Shown: positions 10,421 through 21,178, numbered from the stretch's first letter. The stretch: DNA of 64,000 bases from an uncultured Verrucomicrobiae bacterium (GCA_963765205.1 CAVXVB010000008.1:32001-96000), one strand, 5' to 3'. The notes: a model not told the origin generated them from the sequence alone. Numbers and translations: made by a program.

Positions 10421-10501
10421 TTCACCGCCAAGACGCAAAGAGCGCTAAGAATAATTTCTGAAAAAAAACTCCCTTTGCGCTCTTCGCGCCTTGGCGGTGA
10501 A
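10421..10501. repeat. REP-like palindrome, family TTCACCGC...GCGGTGAA
   Basis: TTCACCGCCAAGACGCAAAGAGCGC ... GCGCTCTTCGCGCCTTGGCGGTGAA; relatives at 56121 and 58323. Confidence 0.8.
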
Positions 10502-10511
10502 CATAATCCCC

Positions 10512-10907
10512 ATGCTCAAACACGGCATCCTCAATCCCCACCTCCTCGAGCTGCTCGGGCGCTTCCGGCACACGAACACCCTTGTCATCGCCGACCGCGG
10601 TTTTCCGTCCTGGCCGCAAGTGCCGACGATTGACCTGAGCCTGACCGACGATATTCCGACGGTCGCGCAGGTGCTCGCGGCGCTGTTGCCGGCGTGCTCC
10701 ATCGGCGCGGCCTTCATGGCGCGGGAATTCAAAGCGCGCAACTCCGCCGAGGCGGTCAAGGCGGCGGAACAATTATTGCGCGCACACGGCGTCAAAATCC
10801 GCTATGAAAAGCACGCGGATTTCAAAAAGCGCGTGCCCGCCTGCCTCGGCCTCATCCGCACGGCCGACACGATTCCCTACCGGAACATCATTTTGGAATC
10901 GGCGTGA
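10512..10907 (+). CDS. RbsD/FucU family pyranase/mutarotase
   Basis: MLKHGILNP, RHTNTLVIADRGFP, IRTADTIPYRNIILES. Confidence 0.9.
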   Translation: MLKHGILNPHLLELLGRFRHTNTLVIADRGFPSWPQVPTIDLSLTDDIPTVAQVLAALLPACSIGAAFMAREFKARNSAEAVKAAEQLLRAHGVKIRYEKHADFKKRVPACLGLIRTADTIPYRNIILESA

Positions 10908-11007
10908 AGTAAACTAGGTGTTCGCCTTTGGATTCATTTCCGAGTCAAGGGGAGATGTGTAACCTGACTCCCGCCCTGCCCTTTTTAGCTTGAATAAGGA
11001 TTGTTGT

Positions 11008-11724
11008 CTACTTTTTATCGTCTTTATAAAATTTTATCTGCAGCATCGCTTGGATTGCAGGCTCCAAATAAGAACGACCAATATCCCTCAAAAAGCCAGG
11101 TTCTAGACTATCCCCGTAATAAAATGAATGCCCGGTGCGTGGGTGTTTGAGTTTTGCAAAGAATACCTCTTCTAAATATTCTTGGAATTTCTCTTGAGTG
11201 TCTGATGACTGCTGCTTCCAATGAGCAGTATTTTTGAACTTTCTAACAATATACTTGGAAATCTCCACCCTGTTCTTACATGGAAAACCACGGAAACAGT
11301 GATTTTGGCCGAAGTGGCATTTCAAATCAGATTCTGCTTTTTCTGCCATATCTCTTGCCTCAAATACCCAAACTTCTGGCATTCCATATATCATTTTTAA
11401 CATGAGATAATCAACCCGACGATCGTATTTCCCTGTTAGTTTTTCGTGAAATAAGCCTGCCCTCCTGACACGATCGCTGGATTTGGAGCTTGTCCCCCAT
11501 GCACAAATCTCTGGAGTGAATTCATAAAGGTAGCACCATTGTTTATTTTGACTACTACGTTTAAAGGCCCGCCATTCTTTCCACTTCTCGCCTAAGTAAC
11601 GCCATTGATCTGTTAAACTCATATATTTAAGTTTCTGTTGTTCCTCCGGGTTTAATATCTGATGTGCTCGCATCGACCCGTTGGAAGGATTTTTAAGAAA
11701 TTCCCTGCAAAATTGGCTATCCAT
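11008..11724 (-). CDS. AT-rich hypothetical protein, possibly GIY-YIG/T5orf172-like nuclease; in frame with the upstream antitoxin
   Basis: WCYLYEF...AWGTS...DRVR and AEKAESDLKCHF resemble GIY-YIG elements; sharp composition shift near 11730. Confidence 0.55.
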   Translation of the reverse strand: MDSQFCREFLKNPSNGSMRAHQILNPEEQQKLKYMSLTDQWRYLGEKWKEWRAFKRSSQNKQWCYLYEFTPEICAWGTSSKSSDRVRRAGLFHEKLTGKYDRRVDYLMLKMIYGMPEVWVFEARDMAEKAESDLKCHFGQNHCFRGFPCKNRVEISKYIVRKFKNTAHWKQQSSDTQEKFQEYLEEVFFAKLKHPRTGHSFYYGDSLEPGFLRDIGRSYLEPAIQAMLQIKFYKDDKK

Positions 11725-11730
11725 AATCAT

Positions 11731-12018
11731 AACGTGCGCGAGCCTTGATTCCGCCACGTCGGAAAGAGTTTTGCCTTGGCGGCGGGCAGTCGAGCGCAAC
11801 GCCTGCACAGTGGCGGGCGCCAGCCGCAGCAAGATCGGCAGGCGGCCCGTGGGTTTGCGACCCGCGCCGCGCCGCGCGCCTCCGCGCCGGAGGGGTTGCG
11901 TGACCACCCGGCGCAAGTCGGGTAGTGGCAGGCCGTTGAGCGCGGCGAGATTGACCTGATAGCCTTCGGCGTCGAACGCCGGCGCTTCAGGGAGTTTGGT
12001 TTTTCCAGTGATTTTCAT
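11731..12018 (-). CDS. BrnA-like antitoxin (no stop codon; reads through into the downstream ORF)
   Basis: ATG at 12018 overlapping the toxin 3' end; RGGARRGAGRKP motif and RHH-like ILLRLAPATVQALRSTARRQGKTLSDVAE. Confidence 0.7.
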
Positions 12019-12276
12019 AGTAGTCGCGTCCTTTCCTCCAATAACCCGCGCCGACGATGCGGATGACTCCGCCCGGACGATGAGTATAACGCACGAGGAG
12101 GATGCGTGCGTCCACCCGGCCCAGCAGCCACCAACGCAACTCGCGCCGGTTGCTGTGCGCCGCATCATAAAGATCGACCGCGCGTGGATCGGCAAAAGCC
12201 TGCTGCGCCGGCTGAAATCCACGCCATGGCGCGCAATGTTCGCGCGTTCCTTGGCGGCATCCCAGACGAAGCGCAT
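11987..12276 (-). pseudogene. brnT: BrnT family toxin, frameshifted near 12210
   Basis: MRFVWDAAKERANIARHGVDFS in one frame; AQQAFADP...HS...LLVRYTHR..VIRIVGA in another; one base missing. Confidence 0.8.
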
Positions 12277-12352
12277 GGCTGGACTCTAGAGCGCATAACT
12301 TGAATGTCAATATCTAAAATCAAACCGCTGCCGGGCGCAAGTCCTGACAACT

Positions 12353-13171
12353 TTACTCCGGCGAAGGTGGCGCCACCATAGGCCGGGCCGACGCCGGCGT
12401 GGCGGGGAAGACGCGGTTGCGCACGTCTTCCGCGTAGGCGGCGAAGGCCGCGCGCATCGTGTCGTGCAAATGCGCGTAGGCCTTGGTGAAGGAGGGCGCA
12501 CGCTCGTTGATGCCCAGAATATCATGCGCCACCAAAATTTGACCGTCACAATCCGGGCCGCTGCCGATGCCGATGAGGGGGACGCGGGCCGTGCGCGTCA
12601 ATTCCGCCGCGAGGCGCGGGTCCACCAGCTCGGCGACGAAGGCGAAGACGCCGGCATTTTCCAGCACCGCCACATCGGCGCGCAGGGCGTCCGCCTCCGC
12701 GCCGCGCTGGCCGAATTTGCGGTAGCCGCCGAGGACGTTGACTTGCTGGGGTTGCAGGCCGATGTGGCCCATGACGGGAATGCCGGCTTGGACGAGGCGC
12801 TCGACCAACGGCGCGAGGGCTGCGCCGCCTTCAATTTTCACGGCCTCGATGCCGCCCTCCTGCACGAGCCGGCGGCACGCCTTGACCACGTCGCCGGGCT
12901 TCAGGTGGGCGTCGCCAAAGGGCAAATCCGCGACGAGCAGGGCTTCGGGCTTGGCGCGGGCGACGGCGGCGGCGTGATGCACAATCATGTCGAGCGTCAC
13001 CGGCACAGTGTTGGCAAAACCGAGGACGTTGTTGCCCACCGAATCGCCGACCAGAATGAGGTCTACTCCCGCTGCATCGGCACAATGGGCCGTGGGCGTG
13101 TCGTAGGCGGTGACGCAGACGATGGGGCGCTGGCCTTTGAGGGCACGCAGGATTTGGGTCGTCATCTTCAC
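12353..13171 (-). CDS. panB: 3-methyl-2-oxobutanoate hydroxymethyltransferase
   Basis: TAYD, LVGDS, AVKIEGG, MGHIGLQPQ, IGIGSG, DGQILV. Confidence 0.96.
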   Translation of the reverse strand: MKMTTQILRALKGQRPIVCVTAYDTPTAHCADAAGVDLILVGDSVGNNVLGFANTVPVTLDMIVHHAAAVARAKPEALLVADLPFGDAHLKPGDVVKACRRLVQEGGIEAVKIEGGAALAPLVERLVQAGIPVMGHIGLQPQQVNVLGGYRKFGQRGAEADALRADVAVLENAGVFAFVAELVDPRLAAELTRTARVPLIGIGSGPDCDGQILVAHDILGINERAPSFTKAYAHLHDTMRAAFAAYAEDVRNRVFPATPASARPMVAPPSPE

Positions 13172-13265
13172 GGAAAATATTTTCTTTTAAATTATTGCCA
13201 AACGCAACGCCAAACGAAGCTGTCCCCGGCGCGGAATTTGGCGTATAATGCCTCTCCAATCGGCC

Positions 13266-13523
13266 ATGAAACGCTCTCTACACCATCGGTGGAACCGCCT
13301 GTTTCGGCGGCGCGGCGGCCTGCCGCTCACGGCCCGGGTGACGCGCACCAGCTACGATGGGTCGGCGGCGCGCGGCGCGTTCGACCGGCCGCGCGTGGGG
13401 GTGCGCGAATTATCCGACCGCCGCCGCAATTGGGTCCGGCGCATCGCGTTGGCGGCGGGCGCGGTTGCGGTCGTCTGGATTTTGTGGCAGAGCTGGATTG
13501 GGTTGGGCATCTTTGGCAATTAA
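13266..13523 (+). CDS. Small basic protein with C-terminal TM helix
   Basis: Arg-rich N-terminus, hydrophobic IALAAGAVAVVWILW; divergent from panB. Confidence 0.55.
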   Translation: MKRSLHHRWNRLFRRRGGLPLTARVTRTSYDGSAARGAFDRPRVGVRELSDRRRNWVRRIALAAGAVAVVWILWQSWIGLGIFGN

Positions 13524-13555
13524 GGGCTCAGGCCAAGAAATTGCTTTGGAAATTT

Positions 13556-13647
13556 TTACCACAAAACCTACAAAAAAACTCAAAGCCCACCCCAAACCAT
13601 TCCTGCCCAAAATTTATTTTATGCGTCTTTTGCGTTTTTTGTGGTAA
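13556..13647. repeat. REP-like palindrome (TTACCACAAAA...TTTTGTGGTAA)
   Basis: Inverted ends with internal CAAAA-type units; resembles the TTCACCGC family. Confidence 0.55.
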
Positions 13648-13695
13648 TGAATTGTCTGGCGCATTTGTCAGACCCGATCCGGCTATCTTTTTATC

Positions 13696-15285
13696 ATGAC
13701 CGCTTTTTCCGCCACGCTTCCCGCCGATTCCGTGCCACCCGCCGCCCGGGCTGTGGGGTTGGGCGCGACGGCGAAGCTGAATCTCGCGCTGGCGGCGCTG
13801 CTGTGGGTCTGGCTGGCGGGGGAATTGTGGTTCGAGTGGTCCATCAGCGACCAATATGGCTACGGTTTGTTTGTGCCGTTTTTGACGGCGTATTTGCTGT
13901 GGCTGCGGATGGAGGACCGGCCCGCGCCGCAGCCCGGGCGCGGGGTGGGCGCGCTGCTGGCGTTTTTGGCGCTGGTGGCGCTGGCGCACTATCCCATCGC
14001 GGTGATTTTCTCGGCGAATGCGGATTGGCGGCTGCTGGCGTGGGGCGAGGCGTTGCTGGCGCTGACGGCGACTGCTTGGTTGCTCGCGCACTGGGGCGGG
14101 TGGCCGTGGGTGCGGCATTTTGGGCCCGCGCTGCTGTTGTTTTTATTCGCGGTGCCGTGGCCGAGCCTGCTGCAAATCACCGTCGTAAATGATTTAATGA
14201 CCTTTGTGGCCGGGGTGGTGACGGAAATCCTGAATTTGATGGGTTACAGCGCGCAGCAGAACGGCAACATCATCCAGGTGCATGGCACGCCGGTGCTGGT
14301 CGAGGAAGCGTGCAGCGGCGTGCGCTCGATTCAGTCCACCATCATGGCGGGTTGGCTGGTGGGCGAATGGTGGCGGTTTCGCGCGTGGGGCCGGGCGGGC
14401 CTGCTCGCGTGGGCGTCGCTGATCGCCGTGCTGTTTAATTTGCTGCGGACTTTTATCCTGGCCTGGATGGCCGCGACGGGCGGCCCGGCGCTGATGGAGC
14501 ACTGGCATGACTTTACGGGCTACCTGGTTTTTGGCCTGAGCTTCACCACCGTGCTGGCGGGTGCGTGGCTGGCCCGGCCCCGGGAGAAAATCGTCCCGCG
14601 AATTGAAACGGAGCGGGAGCCTGCGCCGCACTGGCTGCCCAACGGCGCCGTCATCGTCCTGCTGGGGTTGTTGGCGGGCGCGTGGCCCGCGAGCGTCGCG
14701 TGGTATGCGGCACGCGGGCCGGACGTGGCGGACAAGGCGGGTTGGAAGCTGAACCTCGCCGCCGCCGCCCCGCAGGCCAAAGTTGAGGCCACTCCCGCGG
14801 CTTTGCGCCAGGTGCTTTTTTACAACACGGGCAGTGAAGCCGCGTGGACGGACGACGGCGGGCGGTATTGGCGGCTGTATAATTTGCAGTGGACGCGCGC
14901 GCGCGCGGCGCAATTGGGCGGCGTGCATTCGCCGCAGAGCTGCCTGCCGGCCGTCGGCTGGGTCGAACAGCACCAAGGCGCCAACCTGGACTGGCGGCGC
15001 GGCAACCTCGAATTGATTTTCAACACCTACGAATTCACCTACCAGGGCACGCCGCAATTTGTGTTCTACTGCCAGTGGGACCCGGCGGGCTACCCCTATT
15101 ATGAAAAGACCGGCCGCGAACGCGGCGACCGCCTCCTCGACGCCTGGGGCGCCGACCGCAAACAAGGCAAGCAACTGCTCGAAGTCGCCATCACCAACGC
15201 GCCCTCGCTGGCCGACGCGACGAAACAGATGCAACAATTCCTCGACCAAGCCATCGTCGAGCTGCCGCCCACCAACGCGAAATAA
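13696..15285 (+). CDS. Exosortase (EpsH-type) fused to an EpsI-like periplasmic domain
   Basis: Multi-TM; catalytic Cys (VEEACSGVRS), Arg (NLLR) and His (HWHD); HSPQSCLPAVGW in the C-terminal domain. Confidence 0.9.
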   Translation: MTAFSATLPADSVPPAARAVGLGATAKLNLALAALLWVWLAGELWFEWSISDQYGYGLFVPFLTAYLLWLRMEDRPAPQPGRGVGALLAFLALVALAHYPIAVIFSANADWRLLAWGEALLALTATAWLLAHWGGWPWVRHFGPALLLFLFAVPWPSLLQITVVNDLMTFVAGVVTEILNLMGYSAQQNGNIIQVHGTPVLVEEACSGVRSIQSTIMAGWLVGEWWRFRAWGRAGLLAWASLIAVLFNLLRTFILAWMAATGGPALMEHWHDFTGYLVFGLSFTTVLAGAWLARPREKIVPRIETEREPAPHWLPNGAVIVLLGLLAGAWPASVAWYAARGPDVADKAGWKLNLAAAAPQAKVEATPAALRQVLFYNTGSEAAWTDDGGRYWRLYNLQWTRARAAQLGGVHSPQSCLPAVGWVEQHQGANLDWRRGNLELIFNTYEFTYQGTPQFVFYCQWDPAGYPYYEKTGRERGDRLLDAWGADRKQGKQLLEVAITNAPSLADATKQMQQFLDQAIVELPPTNAK

Positions 15286-15437
15286 GCGGGCGCTTCTCGT
15301 CCTCACCGGCATCAGTGTCACCCATCCCGACATCGAATGAGCTGCGATTACGCACGGACAAATACCCTTGCCGGGCACGCGCAAAACACCCATCATGTTC
15401 TCCAAGATTGGGTGCTTGAAAAAATCCTCAACGCGTT

Positions 15438-17771
15438 ATGAGCACACCCACATCTGAGTTACGCAGCACGACCAGATCGAAAAGTCTGCCGTCGCTGCCA
15501 TCTCGCCGACGCTATCGCGTCGTATGGGTTATTATTGTTATTTCAATTCTAGGCGTGGTCTTTGCGGGGGGTTGGTTTATGGGTAAACGCGCAGCTTCTC
15601 TTACGCCGCGCACGCCCGCTTCCAGGAAAAATACAACCCCGGCAATGGTTGCTTCAAAAAAAGGCGCTGCCGTCATCCCGCAAAAATTGGCTTGGGATCT
15701 CAACAGCCCACTCGCGGAGATTTTGAAGAAATACTCCGGTGGCGCGCGCATCGCAGCCATCGCCAAGTTGGTCGAGCAAACTCCGGTGGCGGAATTATCC
15801 CATCTGCTGGATGAAGCTGCGGCGTGCCCCTACGCCAATCTTCGTCAAATTATGGACGATTTGGCCTATGCGAAGTGGGTTGCAACTGATCCGCAAGATG
15901 CGCTGGTGTATGCCCAAGCCAATGCCTTGAAATCGGGCAAGACGGACGAGATTACCAGCGTTTTCGCGGCTTGGGCTGGCTTGGATCCCCATGCCGCCCT
16001 GGATGCCGCCACGAAATTAAGCCGGGCCTCTTTTCGCAAAGCCGAAATAGACCAGGTGCTGTCCACCTGGGTGCAAAGCGACCCAGCCGCCACCTTGGCC
16101 GCGCTTAAACAGACGCCTCCGGGGCTGGCGGGTCCCGATGTGTTGCGGACTGTCTTCGACCAATGGTCGCACCTGGATCCGAACGCTGCGCTCGCTGCCT
16201 TGAGTCAAATTGACAATCCCACCACCCGTAATTCGCTCGCCAACGTGGTGATCAGCAACCTGGCGGACAGCGATCCTCAGGCGGCTCTGGATGCATTGCG
16301 CAAAATGCCGGTAGGCGACCAAAACGCTAAAACGTTTGGTCTTGTATTTCAAAAATGGGGGGAGCAAGATCCGGTGACTGCGTTCGCCGCGCTCCAACAG
16401 CTTCCCGCCAGCCCGGCGAGCCTAGCGGCCAGCGCAAGTCTTTTTCAAAGTTGGGCCGAAATTGATCCCGCAGATTCCCTCAAGACGGCCGAGTCCCTTC
16501 CACTCGGCTACGCAAGAAATATGGCAATGAATAGTAGCCTGGCTGGCCTTGGCTCGCAAGATCCGGCGTCGGCGGGAGAATATATTACTTCGCTGCCACC
16601 CGGCGGCGATCGGGACCGGGCCTTACTTACCGCCGACTTGTTTAACAATTGGTTGAATCAAGACCCGGCCGCGGCACTCACCTGGATGAACAACAACGCA
16701 ACTGGCACAATCCAAAGTGCTGCGATAGATACAGTTTTGGCAAACATGGCAACAACCGACCCCCTTGCCGCTTTAGCTTATGTTTCGCAATTGCCCGACG
16801 GCGCAACCAAAGACGATAACCTGGCAGTTACCACTGGCTACTGGGCCACGGTTGATCCCTCTGCTGCCCTAGCTTGGGTTAAGAGTAATTTGGAAGGCGC
16901 CTCGCAGGAAGGAGCATTAGCGTGCATGGCAAACCTGCTTTCGAACACCAACCCCATCATGGCGTCTAATCTGGTCAGCCAGCTTCCTGACAGCCCGCTC
17001 CGCGATCAAGCCATCACGAACTTAGCCACGAGTCTTGCCAGCCTGGATGTGAATTCAGCAACCCAATGGCTGCAAAATCTTCCCGCGGATACGCCCGTTG
17101 CCACCCAGGTGACCGCCTATCAGAATGTGGTCAATACCTGGATGAAAGCGGATCCTGCGGGAGCCGCTGCTTATGCGGCAACCCTCGTTCAAAATCCTGA
17201 CTTAAACAGCGTGGTCGGCAGCGTGGCCAACTTATGGTCGCAAAGCGATAGTGTGGACGCGCTCAACTGGGCTGAATCGCTGCCGGCGGGCGCCGCCCAT
17301 GATGCGGCTGTTTCCGCCTCGGTCAATAATTGGGCCGCCGTGGATCCCGTGGCGGCGTGGAATTATGGCCAAAACCTCCTACCGAGCGCCAGCACAGACC
17401 AACTACTTGCCTCGGTTGCAACCACTTGGAGCATGAAGTATCCAGATGAGGCCATGGCCGCGTTGGCGGCAAGTCCCAGCGATAGCGCGGCTTATTATAA
17501 CGCGGTGCAAACCACGGCGAAGAATTGGGCCAACCGCAGCGAGCAGGACGCCGAACAATGGGTCGCCAGCCTGCCGGCTGGCGCCACCCGCGATTCAGCC
17601 CTAAGTGGCGTCGCTGCCTCGATTGTTCTGGAAAATCCGCAAACAGCATATCAAATGGCTTTGAGCATCAGTAACGAAAATGAGCGCACAACCACAGTAA
17701 ATAAAGTGATGGCCGAATGGAAAAAGCGAGACCCTGCGGCCGCCGCCGCGGCCCAGCAATCTACCCCGTAG
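15438..17771 (+). CDS. Membrane-anchored helical repeat protein (WxxxDPxAAxxWxxxLP repeats)
   Basis: One N-terminal TM helix followed by about 20 repeats of roughly 30 aa; AT-richer than its flanks. Confidence 0.8.
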   Translation: MSTPTSELRSTTRSKSLPSLPSRRRYRVVWVIIVISILGVVFAGGWFMGKRAASLTPRTPASRKNTTPAMVASKKGAAVIPQKLAWDLNSPLAEILKKYSGGARIAAIAKLVEQTPVAELSHLLDEAAACPYANLRQIMDDLAYAKWVATDPQDALVYAQANALKSGKTDEITSVFAAWAGLDPHAALDAATKLSRASFRKAEIDQVLSTWVQSDPAATLAALKQTPPGLAGPDVLRTVFDQWSHLDPNAALAALSQIDNPTTRNSLANVVISNLADSDPQAALDALRKMPVGDQNAKTFGLVFQKWGEQDPVTAFAALQQLPASPASLAASASLFQSWAEIDPADSLKTAESLPLGYARNMAMNSSLAGLGSQDPASAGEYITSLPPGGDRDRALLTADLFNNWLNQDPAAALTWMNNNATGTIQSAAIDTVLANMATTDPLAALAYVSQLPDGATKDDNLAVTTGYWATVDPSAALAWVKSNLEGASQEGALACMANLLSNTNPIMASNLVSQLPDSPLRDQAITNLATSLASLDVNSATQWLQNLPADTPVATQVTAYQNVVNTWMKADPAGAAAYAATLVQNPDLNSVVGSVANLWSQSDSVDALNWAESLPAGAAHDAAVSASVNNWAAVDPVAAWNYGQNLLPSASTDQLLASVATTWSMKYPDEAMAALAASPSDSAAYYNAVQTTAKNWANRSEQDAEQWVASLPAGATRDSALSGVAASIVLENPQTAYQMALSISNENERTTTVNKVMAEWKKRDPAAAAAAQQSTP

Positions 17772-17814
17772 CAGGGCAAGCACCCGGCAGACCCCCAACA
17801 ATTTTTGCCGTGCT

Positions 17815-20260
17815 TCAGGGCTTTTTCTCGTCGAGGCTGCGTTCGTAGTCGAAATATGGCTGGAGGGCCTGCCAGGCTGCGGCTTTTTGGCCGGCGCGCC
17901 CGAGCAAATCGGCTGTCCACCAGGAGACGAAGGGGGGCGGGTTGGGCCGCTGGGCGAGGACGCGCAGGGTGGCCAGCGCGTCGTCGAAATTCTTGGCGTC
18001 AATTTGGCGTTTGAGGAGCACGACGGCGGAGGCGAGGTCCGCCGGGTATTGCTGCATGGCTAGGCGCAGGCTGGCGTCATCCTCGTCGTCGTGCGGGCCA
18101 AAATCCGGCAGGGGCACGGGGGGCAGGTGGGCCTGGGCCAAGTCGAAGGCGTCGCCCGGATGGCCGGAGGCCGCCTGCGCGGCCATTTCGATTTGCCACG
18201 ATTCGTTCACAATGTTCGGGTGGTCATGCAAATAGGCCAGCGCGGCGGCGGGGTCCGTGCCAGCCCAGCGCTCGAGCAAGTCCCGGCGTTGGGCGGGGGT
18301 GTATTGCGCCAGCCCGGGGTCGCGTTGCACCTCGTCGGCCATTTCCGCGGGGACGCGCCCGGGCGCGATATACCGGGCCAGAAACACCCAGCGGTCGGCA
18401 GGGCTGGTCTTCGAGAGAATGCTGGCGTAGTCCTCGCCGTCGGGCCAGGTGCGCAACTCGTTGTGGATATCGGCCCACAACCCTTCCGGCGTGGGGTCTT
18501 CGCGGTGGAGCGCCTCGCGCCAGGCGGCGAAGGCTTGGGCGTGGTTGGTGGGTTCCCAAAGCAGGCCTTCCGTGAAGGCCACCCGGGCCGTGGTCGGATC
18601 GAGCAAGCGCGCAATGCGGAAATTTTCCAGCGCGGCGACGGGATTGTTTTCCAAAACGAGTTCCGCGCGCGCGCGCTGGAAATAGGGCCACCATTGCAAG
18701 GGCTGGACGGCCTGGCTTCGTTCGGGCGGCCGCCAACATCCCCTCCGCATCGTTGGCTTGCAGGGCGGCTTTGGATTGGTCAAGCGCCCGGCCTTCGACC
18801 AAGGTGCTCTCAAGCGGGGCGCCGGCCTGCGCCGCCAGCCAGAGGGCGCCAATGACAAGTAAAATAACCCCTGCCCCTCGCCAAACGAGCTGGGGGACGA
18901 GCGTGTGCGGGTGCGTTTCCTTGTCCGGCGCAGCGATGGCAATTAGCCACGCCACAAGCATCCAAGTGCCGAACCGATGCGCGGGAACGTCCACCAGGCT
19001 GTGCAACACAAACAGCACAACGCAGAGGGCGGCAAGGTTGCGATACGGCCCGCAAGTTTGGCCATCCTGGCCCAAATAGCGGGCGGCGAGCGCGCCGACG
19101 GCCACCAGCACAGTGAGGAGACCGGCCCAGCCAACCTCGCCCAGCAGCCAAAACCAGTCGCTATCCGGATGAAGTATGCTTTGGTAGGTGCGGGAATAAT
19201 TGCGATATTGGGGAAATACCTGGGAGAATTGGCCGAGGCCGGCGCCGGCAGGCTGGGCCTCGACGAGGTGCAGAGTGTCATGCCAGAGCAAGAGCCGGAA
19301 CTCGGGCGAAGCCGAGACATCGGACGCGGCGGAGGTGCCGAGGCCCGGCAGGCGTTCAAGGGTTTCCTTGTCGGCAAAAATGAATAATAGCGTCGCGCCC
19401 ACGATGCCGAGGGGTATCAAAACCTTCACAATGTATTCGCCGGCCTCCCGCCCCAGGCGCACGAACAAAACCGCCAGCGAGCCAGCGGCAAACAACGCGA
19501 GCGCCATGCGCGAGCGCCCCATCACGAGCGCCAGCAAACACGGTGCCAGCAGCAGGCCGGCCAGCAAAAAGCGGGGCCGGCGGCGGCGCAGCCCTTCGAT
19601 CATCAAGCCGAACGCCACAATGCCGCTCAAGCAATACCAGATCGCCGATTGATTGCGGTTCGGAAAATACGTGAAATTCACCGCATCCGTGGCCAGCGGA
19701 TACTTGTGATGCAGAATATTGCCGGCCGCCGCGCCTGCCGAAAGCAAGGCGCCCAACAACGCCAGCCCCCAAAGCGCAAACTTGCGCGACTCATGGCCGA
19801 GCCGGAGATTCAGACACAGGTAGAGCCACGCCAGGCCGGCCACGAGCTGCGCGATGGCCTCCCCCGCCAGCCAGGGCGCCGTGGCGTTGGTTTTGGGCAG
19901 CACAACGCCGAGCCGCGCGAGGTCCCCGCGCCACGCTCTCGGCCCCAGCCATGACGCGGGCAGGAAGGACGAAAGCAGACCGAGCGCCAGCAGCGCCAGC
20001 ATGGCCATCTCGAAAAGTCGTGAGGGTGCGGCCGTCGGCGGCCGGGCCGCCACCCAGGCGCCGATCAGGATTAAAATCCCGCCACGCGCCCAAACCGGCG
20101 TGCCACCACCGGCCAGCACCACGACGCCCAAAATTGCCAGCACCACCCAAATGGCCGGCTGCTCCAACCAGTCGGGCCGGCGCCGGCGAGCCGCGGTTTG
20201 CTTTCCATTCTTGTCCAAGGGCGATGAAGACGAAGCGGGCATATCGGCGGGGTTACTCAA
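17815..20260 (-). pseudogene. O-antigen ligase (Wzy_C) family protein with TPR-like C-terminus, split by a +1 frameshift near 18724
   Basis: FPNRNQ, GRSR, GAGLGQF, HPDSDW, HSLVDVP; removing one C in GCCGCCCGAA joins MLAAA to ERSQAVQPLQWWPYF. Confidence 0.8.
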
Positions 20261-21069
20261 ACAACCTCTTCGACAACAGCATTGCGTAACACCCCCAAGC
20301 CGTCAATGTCCACTTCCACCACGTCCCCGGCGCGCAGGAAGACCGGCGGCGTGCGGCCCATCCCCACGCCGGAGGGCGTGCCGGTGAGGATGACCGCGCC
20401 GGCGGGCAGCGTCGTCGAGCCGCTGAGGAAGGCAATGAGTTCCGGCACCGAAAAAATCATGTCGCTGGTGCGCGCGTTCTGGCGCAATTCGCCGTTGACG
20501 CGGGTGCGCACGCCAAGGTCGAGCGAGGGCGGAAGTTCGTCCGGCGTGACGAGCCAGGGGCCGAGCGGGCAAAAGGTGTCGAAGGTTTTGCCGCGGCAAA
20601 ATTGTCCCCCACCCCACTGACGCTGCCAGTCGCGCGCACTGACATCGTTCGCACAGCAAAAGCCGGCGACGTAATCAAGCGCGGCTTGCGGTGTGGCGTT
20701 TTTACACGGGCGCGCGAGCACAATGGCCAGTTCGGCCTCGTAATCCACCATCTCGCTGCGCAGGCCGCGCGGCAATTGTATCGCGTCTTCAGGATTCTGC
20801 ACGGACAGCGGCGATTTCATGAACAGCATCGGCCACTGGGGAATCGGCGCGCCGGTTTCCTTGGCGTGTTCGCGGTAGTTCAGGCCGATGGCAAAAATGA
20901 CCGGCGGCGCCACGGGGGCGAGTAGCTTGAGCCCCAGCGCTAGGTCGTCCGTCTTCTTCCATGCGCCCCATCGGCCGCCTCTTTCGAAACACCGGGCGCG
21001 GCCCTCCGGGTCCAGCCAGCCCCAGTGCGGCGGCCCGCCGGCCAACGGCGCATAACGGATGATTTTCAT
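20257..21069 (-). CDS. Fumarylacetoacetate hydrolase family protein
   Basis: IGLNYREH, DYEAEL, NDVSARD, GKTFDTFCPLGP, ILTGTPSGVG. Confidence 0.93.
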   Translation of the reverse strand: MKIIRYAPLAGGPPHWGWLDPEGRARCFERGGRWGAWKKTDDLALGLKLLAPVAPPVIFAIGLNYREHAKETGAPIPQWPMLFMKSPLSVQNPEDAIQLPRGLRSEMVDYEAELAIVLARPCKNATPQAALDYVAGFCCANDVSARDWQRQWGGGQFCRGKTFDTFCPLGPWLVTPDELPPSLDLGVRTRVNGELRQNARTSDMIFSVPELIAFLSGSTTLPAGAVILTGTPSGVGMGRTPPVFLRAGDVVEVDIDGLGVLRNAVVEEVV

Positions 21070-21178
21070 GAAGGATCATCCCAATGACAAAACCGTCAGG
21101 AGGCAAAGCAAAAACGACTTGATCTCTCTTGGGCAGCGTTCAATCTTCATCGGCATTCTTATCTAAAGCACCCCCATC

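Noticed and set aside
10957..10972. GTGTAACCTGACTCCC resembles the cassette repeat at 37819 and also lies downstream of an AT-rich minus-strand gene
   Set aside because: Only 12 of 16 bases match and no partner repeat was found; may be chance.
11008..12276. The 422-aa ORF as a single real protein
   Set aside because: It joins the BrnT N-terminus, out-of-frame sequence, the antitoxin and an AT-rich domain, and arises from the frameshift.
20257..21069. FAH protein as the final hydrolase of non-phosphorylative fucose catabolism
   Set aside because: It is 10 kb from the sugar genes, no fuconate dehydratase is in the window, and the family is functionally broad.
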